From the human T2T-CHM13v2.0 reference genome, Homo sapiens, in the NCBI RefSeq assembly GCF_009914755.1, contig NC_060944.1: a stretch of DNA of 64,000 nucleotides, one strand, 5' to 3'. Made by a program: the position numbers and the translations under genes. The notes below the pieces were generated by a model. That model worked only from the letters and a program-made list of their open reading frames with translations. It had not been told where the DNA came from and searched no databases. This document shows, in pieces, positions 1 to 14,336 of this stretch (positions are counted from its first letter, which is position 1; every line of letters begins with the position of its first letter).

Positions 1-3000
1 TGTGGGAAAGAGGCAAGGAGACACACAGCTAGTTTTTGACCATGTCTTTGAAAGCCCTGTGTGTGGACAGCAATGCATCCTGGGAGGTGGAGTAGCTAGG
101 CCCCCTATTGCCTTGGGAACCCAGCCAAATTGGGATGGAAATAATTCCATCTTAGTATATTGTCACATGGATGATCAAACTAAGGAACCTGCCGAGGCCA
201 CACAGCTAGTACCCAGCAGGCTGACTCCTAAGCCTGAGCTTTTCCTGCTGCAGGTGGTTCACCCAGAGCTGACTTAAAATAAGCTCATGGTACAGAGGCC
301 AGGCCAGGAGGATGGAGTTAGATGGCCCTTGGTTCAAACTCAGTTGTCATTTATTAGTAGTGTGTCCTTGACTGCTTTCTCCTCTCTGATTCTCCGATCA
401 TTTAACCAATAGACGTTTAATGGCCAGGTTGTCTACCACGTGCAAGGCACTCAATTTCATTCTCTGTAAAGATGTGAATAATAAAAGCACCTGTTTCACA
501 GGAGTGTTGAGAATTAATGAGATCATGCTCAAGTGTTTGACAGCGCCCGGCACATGGTAAGGGCTACACAGCAGCACCTATTGTCATTCATAAAGTTCCT
601 CCTATGCGTCAAGGGCTTCACAGACATCTTTAATCCCCATAGTCTAAGAGGTAGGAACTACCATTATCCCTGTTTTCTGAATGAGGAAGCCAAGGCTCAG
701 AGAAGCTTAGGTGACTTGTCTAAGGTCATGCCTGGTATAAGATGGAACCTAAGTTCAAAGCCTGCCCCAAGCCTCCACATGCCCTCTGAGTTTGTCTCTT
801 GAGGAAGGACAACTTTTTTGCCTTTTCGTCAGAGAACCAACCTTTAATCACCCTTCACAACCCAGTTCAAGGGTGTCCGCTTCCGTTTTCCCTGTCCCTC
901 CCTGCCCGACCCAATCGTCCCTCCTGCCACTGCCTTTGTGCCTGCCTTTTTCACAGCAGTAGAGCCTCGGGGTCAAGGGCTGTGGCTCTGCGTTCAGGTA
1001 GTTGGGGATTCAAATGCCTCTTACTCCGTGTGTGGCTTCAGGCAAGTCCCATCACCGCTCTAAGCCTCAGTAACTTCTTCCATAGTGGGCTAACCATGGT
1101 ACCCTTGGGTTGTTAAGGCACAAACGGCCTGGCACAAAGTGAGTGCTCAAATGATGGCAGCTGCTATTACGATTAGTAGTAGCAAGTCCTAGTCCTGGCA
1201 TTGAGGTTCTCAGTTGCTCAACACGGAGGGTAACTGGCCCTTAATAAACCTCTTGGTCCAGCTGAGACAGGGCAAGAAGGGACTGGGGACATTCCTGTCA
1301 CACCCGCTTCCTACCCCAGACACATCTTCTTAGCACCTGTTGCAGGAACACCCTGTGGCTCTAGGTGCCCTTTAGGACGCCCCCTCATGGCTGAGAACCT
1401 GCTTTGGGAGGAGGGACTGCAGTTCCCAAGCAGGCACCACATGGGGGTGCTTTAAAAGCCTTCTTGCCTTCCATCCTTTTAGATAAGGTCTGGTCTCCAT
1501 TTCACAGGTTCATCCAAGCACGCACTTGTTGAGGATCTACTATGCGTCAGACACCATGCCACCTGCTCCGGATACAAGAGTGAGGAACAGGCATTTCTGC
1601 CCTCATGGAGTTTATAAGCTAGTGGGGGGACCAAGGAAACAAGCACGTTAATAAATAGAGTACATATTAGATGGAGCAGAGAGAAGAAAAATGAAGCAGG
1701 TCAAAGGGATGGAGGGTGGTGGGAAGGGGCCAGGGCCTATGGGGCTCTGCAGGTCTTAGAAGTTTCCAGGGGTAATGGAAAGCTCCCAAGGACGTTAAAG
1801 GATGGGAGTGGCAGGCTGTGGTTAATGGTGCCAAAGAAGCCCTTTGCCTGGGTGGGGCAAGGGCAGAAGCTGGGGGACTGATGAGATTCTGCAGTCATAG
1901 GTGAGTGACTACGGAGGCTGGCCCAGATGATCGTAGGGGAGGGGTGACCAGGGGCACCCAGAGTATTGCTGATGGACTGGACATGGCATGAGATGAGGCC
2001 ACCGAAACAGAGAGGCACAGTCACAGTGCAGGAGCTCAGACTGGGACCTGGGTCAGATGCTACAAGTCAAAAAGTGTTTTCTACTCTGCTTCCCTGTCCT
2101 GGCCTGGGAAGAGTGTGGCCTGGAAGAGGGGGACTGGGATCCCCAGCCACACACCCTCAACACAGGAGCCCAACGCCATTTAAAGAAGGAAGGCCTTTTA
2201 TTTGGGCCTGGGAATCAGGAGTTGGCAGTTCTCTCTGAAATGCTGGGAGTTAGGAGACAGGGAGCAGCAGGGAACCCTTATTTCTGTACCAGCTGCTTCC
2301 CCTGAATGAGCTCTAAGTCATCTTTAAGCTCCTGGCAGGGAAGGGCATGCTTTGTCCTATGGATGGGTATGAAAAGGGCCGCTGCCCCTCTGGAAGACAC
2401 TTTGGAACGCCATTAAAGCCATGCCTAGCTCTTGACCACATGCCTGCTTCTTCCCTGGCCTTCTACTGAGGAAGCAGCCGGATCTGTGCAAGACTCTACC
2501 TACAGGGTTGCTGGGCATGATTGTTAACAAGATCAAACAACCCACATCCCACAGCAAAGACTAGTTAAAACTGCACTTTTAGAAAGGGCATCATGACAAT
2601 TACTTTGCCTATTTTTCATTTTGATGAGTTTTGGGTATCTATCAAGGCATATCCAATGAACTGACATGCATCCTTGTCCTGGCCCATTTAATGCCAGGAG
2701 GTTCTCTTACCAACCAGTTTTTGGGGAGATCCAAAATGCCCCAGTTGAGAACTGAATTCAGAAGCCCCGGAACCAGTGGCTGAGTATCCTTTTTCTTCTA
2801 AACCTGTGAAAGCCTATCTGGGTGGATGGGCCTTTCCATCTGGACTGCCCAAAACAGAAAACTAGGGCTGGGAACATCCTTCCCCAGCCTGGAACCAGAC
2901 CAGTGTGATCCCTGGTCCAAGGTCAGAGGGACTGTCTCTCAACTGTGGTGGCTGCATCAACAATATAGGTAAGAGTTAGATCACCTGCCTCGCTTACTTC

Positions 3001-3359
3001 CCAGAGGTGCTGGGGGCCCTGTGCAAACTACCGTAGATGATACAGGTTTTAAGTGGGTGTTTTTACAATCTCTTCTGCAATATACTAATTAATTAAGCAG
3101 ACACTGTGAGAAGGAGGTAGGGGGAGGTCAAGTGTATGTATATGGGCCTGGCAGTTAGGGATGGAGTGTATACTGCACTCCATGGTGGCTGAACGTGGGC
3201 TCTGGATGGGAAGAGGCAGTACCTTACCACTTACTAGCAGTGTGACTGGGGCTCAAGGTTTTGCACTGTAAAGTGGGACCTTTGTGAAGCACTTAAGTAC
3301 TTCTGCTGGCTGCTGTAGTTTCCGTCAAAGCAACCCATTAGAAAGTACAAAACTCCATT

Positions 3360-4940
3360 GTCCTCATTCTGGTTTTTAATGGTCAAGGTGACAACAGTGT
3401 ACAGTTTTTCCAGACCCATATGTAGGTTCCATAATCTCCACCTGCTGGAGAAAACACCGTGACAGATGCCATTGCCCCAGCAGGCCACTGCCGGTGTGGG
3501 AACTTTGGGATCAAAAGCACCAAGCCAAGTCCCTTGCTCAGGATGGGTCTTGGTTGAAACCACAAGCCCTTCTGCAGTTCTAGGTGGATGTAGTGTTGGT
3601 TCTTGGCTCATTGCAGGGGTGAAGCAGGAAAGAGAAAGAGACTGGTGAGGCCTGCTTGGAAAGAGGATTGAGGCACATTACGATTCCAAACCAGGAGATC
3701 CTGAGTCAGCACTGATTCTGTCTCTGGTTTGTTTAATACGGGAAAGGGTTCCATCCAAGAGCCCAATAGGCCTCCTCTCCCAAACCTGCATAGCAATCAA
3801 ACTTATAGGGGTGGTGGAGGGTCTTTACCAGGCTAGGACTACTGCCTATGTTTCTGCAAGTCACAAGTCAGCAGGTCAAAGAACAAGTGTGAAGCAGAAC
3901 CTGCTAAGCAAAGCCAAGTAGTGACACTCACTTCCAAAACATACCCAGCAGAAGCCTCCTGCAAGTACCAACAGTGACAGGTGCTTGTAGCACAGAAAAC
4001 TCACCCCTTCTTCAACAGTTGATTTGATTTGCCACACATCACTAGTGAACAGCTCGGTGGCATTTTGACTGTTTATCTTTTAGGGCAAGATACCCTGATT
4101 CTGAACTCACTTAGGATGGGTTGGCATGAGCTGTATCCTAGTGAAAAAAAATATCCCACCTACCTCCTAGGTCCACTCAAGACTTCTGCACGTGGAGTAA
4201 ATCAAGCCATAATGGAGCCCCTGAGAATCCCCAGGAGGCGAGCAGTCTGGATGGTAATGGAGGAAAGGGCCAGGCAGGCAGGTGGAACAGAATCTCAACT
4301 GGCCAAGACCTGGCAAGATTAGATACCCCAGGGGTTGAGTAAAAGGAGCACAGGGAAATATTTATTTTCACCTTCTGAAGACACTGTGTGCATGTAGCTC
4401 TGACTTCCCACTTCAGGGAACTCTGGCTGCCGCCCAGTTTTATCTGGGCAAGTGATATATTCTCGTGGGAACAAGTGGTGGCGAAGCCTCTTTCTACACA
4501 TTTCCCCTCCTTCCTCCAGTCATCTGTGGGGCTGGCGGGTGGGACACACTAGTGAATAAGCATTGTGTGCCACAAGTTTTTATGCAGAGAAGATGGAAGG
4601 AAGTTTCCTCCCACAGGCCCCAAGATAAATATAATTTTAAAGCAATTAAAGCCTGCTTCAGTGGGAGAGTTTCCGTACAACATGCTGGTGATATTCCTTC
4701 AATTTTTTTGGTTGTTTTTATTTTTTTTTTCATTAAAGTCCATTGATCATCACAAAAACCCAGGAAATGCAACTAAGGAGAAAACAAACGTCCAACCAAG
4801 ATCTAAGAACCCAGAGCTATGGAGGAGACGTTGCACTGGACTGCTGGGTGTGCACAAGGGGGCAGGAGGGGCGATCCCCATGGGGCATGGCCACTGGCCA
4901 TGGGAAACACAGGAGGGAGGCCAGGCAGCTGGCTGGGCGG
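3360..4940 (-). other. NSFL1C: NSFL1C 3' UTR with candidate poly(A) signals (AATAAA 4722-4717, AATAAA 4366-4361, ATTAAA 3380-3375)
   Basis: hexamers read on minus strand; distal end approximate. Confidence 0.65.
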
Positions 4941-5103
4941 TTATGTTAACCGCTGCACGATGACAGCATTGAGCAGGTTGGCTTCCTTCAGGGTCTGGCT
5001 CTCATCAGCCAGCTCTTTGTTCGGGAAAGTAGTCATGAGGATAAAGCTGGTGGCAGCCATGGCTGGCCGGGCATCCACGATGAAGAGTCGGATGTCGCTG
5101 ATC
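4941..5103 (-). CDS. NSFL1C: NSFL1C last coding exon, [10 protein letters not shown]...TFPNKEL...VQRLT* (UBX with FP loop)
   Basis: acceptor ctgcag|G, TAA at 4943-4941; exon sum 1113 nt. Confidence 0.98.
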
Positions 5104-6857
5104 CTGCAGGAGTTGGGGAAGCGGTGAGCAGTGCCATCCTCTGCTGTCCATACCCCTGCCCTGTGGAAAGCTAAACACCTCGCAAATCCCCTTTCCTGAC
5201 TTTCTCCACAGAACAGCGAAAGCTACGCTCAGGCATGTGGGACCAAGTCCCTTCCTTGCCAAGAGTCCTTCACTGTTGTTTCCATTTTCCTTGAGATAAA
5301 CACCAACAACCCTACTGTGTTCCCAAGGACCTAATTTTATACCACCCTCTTTCCCCTCGTTCTCTTCTGCCCGCTTCTAGTTCATCAGGCCATACTCTCT
5401 TCCCACATTTGGGTCCTTCTTTCCAGAGGCTCCCCTGCCTGATCCCCTTTCTGTAATCCTAATCACAACTCAGGCCTCGGATCCAATGCCACCTCCTCAG
5501 GAAAGCCCTCCTTAGCTCCTTGGCTCCATCCCTGGCCCTCCTTCCACGTTTCTGGGATGATCTGATTAGTGTCTCCTCCTGCAGCTCATGAATTTCACAA
5601 GGACAGTGTGTGTCTCTTTTGTATGTCACAGGAGGCACTTAAACTATCTGTCAGAAATTAATGGTCAACTTCTCAGGGCCAGGAATCGTTTCTCCAGACA
5701 CTACCTGCCTTCTGAACCTGGAGATCATATGACAATGAAACCACCTGGAAACAATGCCTCCTTCCCTAGAGCACTTAAACATAAGTTTCCTTTTTGCCCC
5801 AAACCCCTAAAATCTATGCAACTTACAATTTGGCACATCTAAGGGCATGGACCTGCAGGATTCTGCCTGTGACTTTTAGCAAACCAAGCTTTTTCACCTA
5901 GCAAAGCCTCTGCATGGGCTGTCCACCCTGGGAATGGGCAGCAGTGTGCTGAGCTTAATGAGTGAAATGAAACTGAGACAAATAACTCACATCACTGGGA
6001 TGGGTCACTCGCTTAACCACCAGGCACTTGAGTGTAATGAATGTTCCTGATGAAGGAGGTCTCAATAGGCTCTAGATGCACCTGGCTCACAGCTGGGGCT
6101 TGTCTCCCGCTGTCACCCACAGGCGAGCCCAGTCAATATTCAACGACTGACAAACAATTCACTGATCCCACATGTGGGTGCTGGCTTAGTTGGCTCATGA
6201 CCAATAACATTTAGACACTTCTGTTCTACAGAAAGGAGGCACCAAATATATTTACTGGCAACAGTCCTCTAGCACCTCTCCTACTAGTCTCTTCACTTTG
6301 CTGTGGCTCAGTTTCCCCATCTTTAAAATGAAGAAGGCACTGATCCAGCCCAGATGGTCTGAGATGTGGAGCAGGCATTCCCAGAATTCTCGACAGCCAG
6401 ATCTAGAAGAGATCTTCCTGGCCCAGTAATTTTCACAGGCCCCTTGTGGGGAGGGAGGTGGAGGAAGCCAGGTGAGTGGGACGCTGACACTGCACCCCCT
6501 TCTCCTCCATCAACCACAGCAGTTCTAATTTGATGTCTTCACAGGACTTTAGCATGGGACTTCCTCTGAAGTCTGGTAGCTTAAAAAAAGCCCTGAGAAA
6601 TCTAATACTCTAATTTTACAGATGAAGAATGAGACACACAGGGGGAAGTGAACAGTCACTGGCCACACTAATGGAAGAGTGGGGACCAGAACTTAAGGCT
6701 TCAGACTTGTAGTCCTTACCACCCTCGTGTCTGCTTTGGGGAAAGCATGGAGTGCCTGCTGGTATTTAGGAGGAAGAACGGCTCTCTGCTTCCCACACAT
6801 TTGCGTGAGGCCCAGAGGACACTCCTAGAATAAGCTAGGCCACACAATGCAAGGTAC

Positions 6858-7022
6858 CTGTGGCTGTGGTTAAATTTCTGCACCAGCCTCCCGCCGTCTG
6901 CAAGCCGAATTTGGATGTTTGTGGTAGGCTCTGATTCGTCGATTAAGATGGAAGAGCTGGCTTTGGCTTCATTTTCTGCCTGTTGGGCTGGAGAGCTGGT
7001 ACTCAACACCTGGGGGGCAGTG
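6858..7022 (-). CDS. NSFL1C: NSFL1C coding exon 8, [10 protein letters not shown]...QKFNHSH (UBX start)
   Basis: acceptor ctcctcag|C, donor CAG|GTACC, 165 nt. Confidence 0.97.
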
Positions 7023-8515
7023 CTGAGGAGAGAGGATGGCATCAGAACACAAGCAGAAACAAGGCCCCTAGCAAGAAGGGAATCCCTTCTTGGACTGTTA
7101 CTGAGCATTTGCAATGCGCCTGGCATTGTTTGGTGCTGCTGATCTATTGACCCAGACAGGGAAAATCGTGCCCTTATGGAACTTACAGGTCCAGCAGAAT
7201 TCACTTCAAACCCTGAGTCATATATTTCATATGTTATTGCTAGCTCCCTCGCTCCTGAGTAATGTGGGCAAGTTACTCGGCCTTTTTCCTCCTTGGTGTC
7301 TTCAACTGAACAAGGGCTTGAAGGGAGGAAAGCAGGACAGCCTAGGGTGGGAGAGACAGGGTCATAAGGCTGGAAGACATAATAGAACAGGGTCAGTTTT
7401 AGCCTCAGTGGAGTGGTGGAGGGGAGTGTTCCAAGTCTGCAGCTGAGGCAGCCTTGGCACAGCCTGGCAGGTGAGTGGCAGGATGCAGGCAAAGCAATCC
7501 AGATTCTTCTTCTGTGATGGAATTTTCAGGCCTGCATTACCTAGTGCACCTCACTCCCATGTGTATCTGTACTCATACATCCACTATTGAGGGCAGGGGA
7601 GAGAGTTCTAAAGGGCACTGAAAAGCCAATTAAGTGCTGGGTTCTGCTGGGATTCATCATACAATGAACAGGACACGGTGTCAGACACAGTGTTAGATTT
7701 CATATCTCAGAATCACATGGACCAGGGTTTGAATTACTCAAGCACCCTTAGTTTCAACAAAGGTAGTAATTAGATTTTTAAAGGGTTAAGGCATAGGCCT
7801 TGCTCAGTTTTTGTTAGGATTAAAGGGGAAAATTGCATAATGCACTCAGGATGGCTGACAAACACAAAATGCACATAGGACTCCCAATTCTCCACAACTG
7901 TATGGAGCCGCCTTCTCTCCTCCAAACCACCTGTCCACTTCACTCCCAGTCTTTCTCTTAGCAGATGACCTGACTTAGACCTTTGCAAAGAAGAAAGGCC
8001 ACTAGATGAGCATTTGCTTCCCCTCAAAGCCTCTAATTAGATCAGTTCTTGTAACTTACTCTTCCCCCTTCACAGCCCCAAAAATGGTACTGAGAGCAAA
8101 TCCAACTGAAAGTGCTTTCCAAAGTGTGTTCCATAGGAAGGAAGGTGTAGGAAAGGCCACATATTACACTAGCAGCTTCAGAGGCCATTGGCACATTAAA
8201 GGTTTTGAGAGATTGCACAGTTAAATATTGCCCTGAAGCATATAATTAAAGAATGACTGAAAAGCAAACTTACTCTTTTCTGTGAATGTGAAAAACATGG
8301 ACTTACAGAATTACAAAGTAGAGCTCAGAGGAGAATGTCACCCACATTACTAGCACTAGAGAAGCTGCTTCTCTGCATCAGCCTCAAAGCATGTGGGACT
8401 CAAAAAGTGTGGGCTGGGACACACAGTTTAAATGACACTACGATAGGCCACAAGAGTTGATTGGAAATAGTGAATAGGTAAATCTCATATACCTGTAAAT
8501 GCCTAAGCTCTGCAC

Positions 8516-8744
8516 CAAGCTTGTCCAACCACCCATGGCTCATGGGCCGTATGCGACCCAGGACAGTTTTGAATGCAGCCCAACACAAATTTGTAAACTT
8601 TCTTAAAATGTTATGAGTTTTTTTTTTTTTTGCTTTTTGTTGTTGTTAGCTCATCAGCTATCATTAGTATCAGTGTATTTTATGTGTGGCCCAAAGCAAT
8701 TCTTCCAAAGTGGCCCAGGGAAGCCAAAAGACTGGACATTCCTG
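8516..8744. mobile_element. MER30-like hAT DNA transposon
   Basis: recalled MER30 core cagcccaacacaaatttgtaaactttcttaaaa and terminal gtccaa/tggac. Confidence 0.75.
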
Positions 8745-11700
8745 ATCTACACTATCTCGTTTTGTTCATTAGTTTCACAGACATTAGGTTAACTCTCCAA
8801 TTAGACTTTAGGCAGCCTGTCCCTCAACTATTTATAATAATTCAAAGTATACGTACTCATTGAAACCACCGCCTGCCAGAAAGGGAACTATAACGTTTTC
8901 AGGCAGGCCTAAGATGAGAAAGAAGCTGTTAAGCCAAAATAGCTGATATCTATTCAGGCAAGGGGGTGGGGAGCAGAAAAAACAGGAGTGACATTTACAC
9001 CGACTCTGTGCAGGTATTGTCTAAAGGGGCTTTCACAGCCACGACCTCGCTGAATCACCACAACCATCCTCTGAGAGGGGTGTATCTCCATTTTATAGAT
9101 GAGAAAACACACACACACGCTATGGATCATTTTTAAAAACTAATGCAATGAACAAGCCTCCTTTCAGTATATATTCTGTGTATTCCCACCAGCCAGGATT
9201 TTGTCAAGCTTTACAATTACGATGGTTTTAGAAAAATAATATTTATATTGGAAATGCTTTCTCAAACTTCTCCTTGAGTTTCACTCCTCACTTATGAGCT
9301 GATGACCCTCAGCAAGTTACTGAGCATCTTGGCACCTCAATTTCCTTTTCTATAAAGTGGAGATACTCTCCTTACCACAGCTCCACGCCTTTTGGGGAAG
9401 CAGTCCCTACTGTCCCTATTATCAAGGAGAGTTGGTGTGATGCCAGAGAAATGGCACAAGCTTTGGAGCTGAGCCACCACCATTTGGCCTCTGCTCTGCC
9501 TCTAAACAGACAGTGTGGCCTTAAGCAAGTCACAACTTCCCAGGGCTTCAGTGTCTTTGTGTGTAAAATGAGGAGCTGTTCTGTTGTGAGGATGAGACGA
9601 GATAATGTGCACGCAAGGCCTGGTATTTAGGAAATCCTCCACACAAGGAAGCAGCTGCTGTTTGGGTTTGCTTCCCAGCACGTCCTATTGCAGACTGCTG
9701 GTGGGTCATCACTGGAAGAGATGAGGAAAGCCTGATGCCTGGACTTGGCTGTGTAGCTTCTGACTGGCTGTTTCTCTTACACACTCCCTAAAAATTAGGT
9801 GAGGCAGGGTGGCCTGATAAACATGGTGACTATTTATGAGGCACCCATTCCTAAGCCAGGCCCTGTGCTGAGTACTTCACATGTATTAACTTACTTAACC
9901 CACAGGCTTAACCCCCAGCCTATGAGGTAGGGATTCATTACAGATGAAGAAACTGAGGCACAGCAGGGTGAAGCAACTTGCCCAAAATCCCAGTGTTGGT
10001 TCACGGTAGAGGCAGTATACAATCCGAGCTATTTGGCTCTCCATCCTGTGCTCTTCACACTGTCCCACTCTCCTGTTGGGCCTTACACTCAGACAGGTAT
10101 AGGCCTGGATTTCAAGACCCAGTTTCCTCATCAATAAAACAGAGTTAAAACTTCCCAGATACTTGAGAAAATAGCTAAAAACATGCACTGTACCCAACAC
10201 ATACTAAAAGTACAAACAAATGTCTATGTGGCTATGCAAGAATATCCAGGATGCTATGCAGGTTGGCAGGTAAAGGCAGAGACTGGAGGGACCCAGCTCT
10301 GCACTGGCCAGCAATATGGATCTCACCAAGTCTCAGGATCCTTCTTTGTAGAATGGGGATTAAAACAGGATTAAAGAAGATAAAATAAATGAAATACTTA
10401 GCATAGCGCTTAGCTAACAACATAAAACACTCGACTAACTAATTATATCATTCTTCAAGGTCCTGCCCCACTTATATTTGCCTCAATTCTGGACCAAAAT
10501 CGACTAGAAATGCTATCAGCTGCCATGGGCTGTAAGTGGAAGGTCACCTGACAGGCATTCCCAGTCTATACTGCTCTCAAGGAGGATGGGGAGTGGAAGA
10601 GGAGGGGAAACCTGAAGACCAGGCCTCCTGATTTTTCAAATAATAAGAGCACATCATTCAAAGAATATTAGTTCCATAGTGCTCTAATCATCCCGCAGGG
10701 CAGCCACACGCATCTGTTCAAAGGAGCTGGCCTGCCAGCTCTTCCTGAGAACTGCCAACAGCTGGGCTACTGCTCCCAGTGAGCGGCTGGCCATCTGCAG
10801 CTGTGAGGGTGCTTGATTCACAGGCAGGAAAGGTTAGAGCAGACGTCTATAAATAGTGTTTTTTGGTGTCTCCCTGCAAACATCGTAAGTTATGGGGAAA
10901 ATGAGTCTCAATTCAAGAGCCCGAATCACCCAACTCCTCCTATCTTTACAGGGGGAATAAACTGGCACTAGGTACTTTCTTGCCACAGTTACAAATCCTG
11001 AGACCAGCCATCTTCTCCACAAAAATAACCACTACAGAAGGCACGGGAGCAGCTAAAGCTCACTTCCAGCAGCAGTGACCCCTCCTCCCAAGTGCACTCT
11101 TGCTGTTTGCAATTCGAACCTTCAGATCAGCTCCCAACTCAAACAAACTAACGTAAAACCTAAAACAACAACAAAATTCTCCGGTTTCTCTTCAGATTGT
11201 ATACATCTTTTGCCTTTTACTAAAACAACAAAAAAAATTTAATACAACTGAATTTTCTCAAAATATTTTAACTGAGACAACTTATTCATTCACTTGAAGT
11301 ATTTTCCCAGATAATTAAGATTTTGAAAAAGCCCAGTACTGACTGATTTTTGAAGCAAATCTGAGAAAATTTTCAGGAAAAATTTCAAGAAAAGTTCAAG
11401 ACTTTTGGCTTCTGATCATTTTGGTTCACAAGACAATGAAAAACATAGTAAAATTTATGAGAAAAACTAAAGCAGCTGTCCTGATTTAGACTGAAAAGCT
11501 AAAGTCCCATCTCACTTAACTTTATAAAACTGTGGCTGTTTTTTTTTTAAGCTAAGTTTTCATAAAAAGCCAGAACTGAAATAAAATGCAAGTGGAACTG
11601 GCAGTGAACACTTTGTTGATAAACATCATGGTGATATCAAGTTCTATCTTGTGCTCATTCTCCACATTAATATTTATTCCTATCATGCTAAAATAGACTT

Positions 11701-13688
11701 TAAAGATATTTTAATTTTCTGAGATGCAGAGTTTCACACACATAATATGGTTAGACTTTCCAATAGAAACATTTCCTGTTAGTATTATAAAATCATACCC
11801 AAAGTGCATGGTGTTCTGAAGTTCTGAGCCCTCCCTTGTAACTGGTGGTGGGCATAAAAAATATAGCCTTTTTGAAGGGCAATTTGACATCTTAAAAGTA
11901 TGAAGCCCTTTTGAAACAATAATCATATGTCTAGCCCAAGTGTACAAAGATTTAATCACAGAGATATTCACTGCAATGTTGTAATTCTGGTAGCTGCCTA
12001 AATGTTTAACAGCAAGGACTGGTTAAATTATGGCACATTTATGGGCTAGAAAATTATGTAAGCATTATAATTAAAAGTGTAGAAATAAGCTTACTGATAA
12101 AGGATGATAGCCATACTTCACTGATAAAGTAAAAAGCAGGTGATACAACAGCATGTTTACAAATACATGCAAATGAGTAAGAGAAGAAAGATACACTTGC
12201 CAGATATTTCTGGGTGTTAGCTTCAGGACAGCTTTTATTCTTTACCTGCACTTTCTATTAAGATGAACATGTATTATTTTAATAATCAAAGAAAAAAAAA
12301 ATTAGGTGCCCTATAAAGCTCATCACAACTGACAGGGACACTCTCTGTGAGAATAGCTGTCCTGGGCTAGTCCACAGCCCTTGATGCAGTAGATGAAATG
12401 ATGAGAACAGGGATGACTTAACTACTTTGGGCCAGGTAAATCTAATACCCTGAACTCTGACCCTTGCTCCTGATGAGGCATGAATGGTCAACAGGCAGGT
12501 AAGGGATTCCAGGAGAGGGCCAGCCAGAAGCTCAGAGGGCATGGTTGTTGGAAGACCAAGCTTTGATCTCTGAAGATAGTGAGGTGAGCAAGGGCAGTAG
12601 CTACTTTGAGAACTGCCAGATCTAGGTTAGAAAGGATGTCTCATTGTGCAGGAGTGCAGGAAGGAATGCCAGTCAGAAGGCCTGGGGTCTTGGCTCTAAC
12701 ACACACCAGCCATGTGCCCAAGGAAAGGCCCCTAATATCCAAGAGCCTCAGCTTTCTCTCTACAAAATAAGGATCATATTGGCAAGGAGGGTCACTATGC
12801 TCTAAATGCCTATCATGTGCACAGTTCCCTCTGAAGAACACTCATCAGGTGACCCCATGGCCATGGCCAAAGCTAAGTGGATCCTGAGAGAAGGCAGCCT
12901 ACCTATGGGCTGGCCAAGAGTCTGGTGGGAGAACCGTATGAGGGATACCAGTGACTATTAACCAATCAGATATCATCAGAGGCTTTGAATGGAAGATAGA
13001 GAATGTCTGTTAGTAGAGGGTACAGGAGTGAGAAGGCAGTAGCAGAGGACACAATGCAGAAAAAGTCACAAGTGGCAGAGTGAGTGTCAGGAAGGGCCAA
13101 ATAAGTAGAAATAAGAGCTGCTGAGCTGTCATAATGGTGGCACACCAGCCTGCAAAGGGGCAGCAAGGTTCCTGAGTGTCCCTGCATCCTGAGCAACACA
13201 CTGTGAGGCCTGGCTAGGCAAGAGTCTGTAATTTCTTATTCCCCTTGGAATCCTCATTTCAGCCTTAAGCCATCAAGGAGATGACACCTTCCCTGAACAC
13301 CCTAGATTACTGAGCCACAGCAGCAATTACGTACACTTTCTGCTTACATTGACTGCTCACTATGGAACAGTGTTCTACGTGCATCAGCTCACTTATTCCT
13401 TGCAACAATAATCCTAGGAGGTATGGACTCTTATTAGTACCAATTTATAGTTGAGGAAACTGAGGCTATATAGTCCAAGGTCACACTGCTAGAAAGTGAA
13501 GCAGAGATATAAACTCAGGTCTGTTAACTCCAGTCCATGTTCTCCACACTCTTCCTCCCATACAAATAAAATTTGAAGTATTTTGTAAACAGTAAAGAGC
13601 TAATAACCAAAGTGAGTGATACACAGGGTCTGCTGGGCTTGGCAGGTGTGATTGACAGAGTCTGGCTCTAACCTGTGCTGCCCCTTAC

Positions 13689-13826
13689 CTGCCCAGTTTC
13701 TGACCCTCGCCAGTGAAGGCTTTGAAGGCTCCTTTGGGCTTCACAAAGTCCTCGTCCCGATGGTCCTCCATATCCAAGTTCACCTGTCCACCGTGAGCTA
13801 GCCTCCGAAGCTCTGCTGGCACCTCC
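13689..13826 (-). CDS. NSFL1C: NSFL1C coding exon 7, EVPAELRR...FTGEGQKLG (SEP end, SHP box)
   Basis: acceptor ttccacag|G, donor CAG|GTAAG, 138 nt. Confidence 0.97.
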
Positions 13827-14226
13827 CTGTGGAAGAAAAGGCCATGCTGAGGTCCACAGAGAGAAGATGGAAATGACAGTGATGGGAAAAGGGGAGAAGA
13901 AACCTCTCAGTCCCGTGGTGAAAAATCGCTGGGCCTCCAAAGGGAGCAGGCTACTCTGGTGGCTACCTGTCTGCCTCCACCTTTTCTCTTGTTTGTTCAG
14001 CCATGGCCGACACCTATTTCTTATTTGGCCACTTAGGTCTGCCTCAGGCCCAAAGGGGAAAAATGGACATACAAGGTTTTTGGAGCAGATCTATGAATCC
14101 GTATCTCAACTATGCTGAATCTGCTTCAAACAATTTACTCCTCAAATAATAAACATTCTGCCTCCTCCTTTCCCAACTGCTATCCACTCACTGATTTGGG
14201 ACCTACAGGAGGGCTTTTTCACTCAC

Positions 14227-14336
14227 CCTCTGCGGATAGACTCCAGAAACTGGGCATTGGATGGGTCTTGGTAGCTTCTGAGTTCTCCATTATCCAGGCT
14301 GAATCCACTCTTCCAGAGTTTCAATACTACATGAAC
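14227..14336 (-). CDS. NSFL1C: NSFL1C coding exon 6, [12 protein letters not shown]...LESIRR (SEP domain)
   Basis: acceptor tcacag|GTT, donor AGG|GTGAGT, 110 nt. Confidence 0.97.

Noticed and set aside
4565-5127. Plus-strand ORFs antisense to the last NSFL1C exon
   Set aside because: Antisense shadows with no recognisable product
6716-7492. 258-aa minus-strand ORF
   Set aside because: Only NSFL1C exon 8 (6858-7022) is coding; the rest is open intron frame
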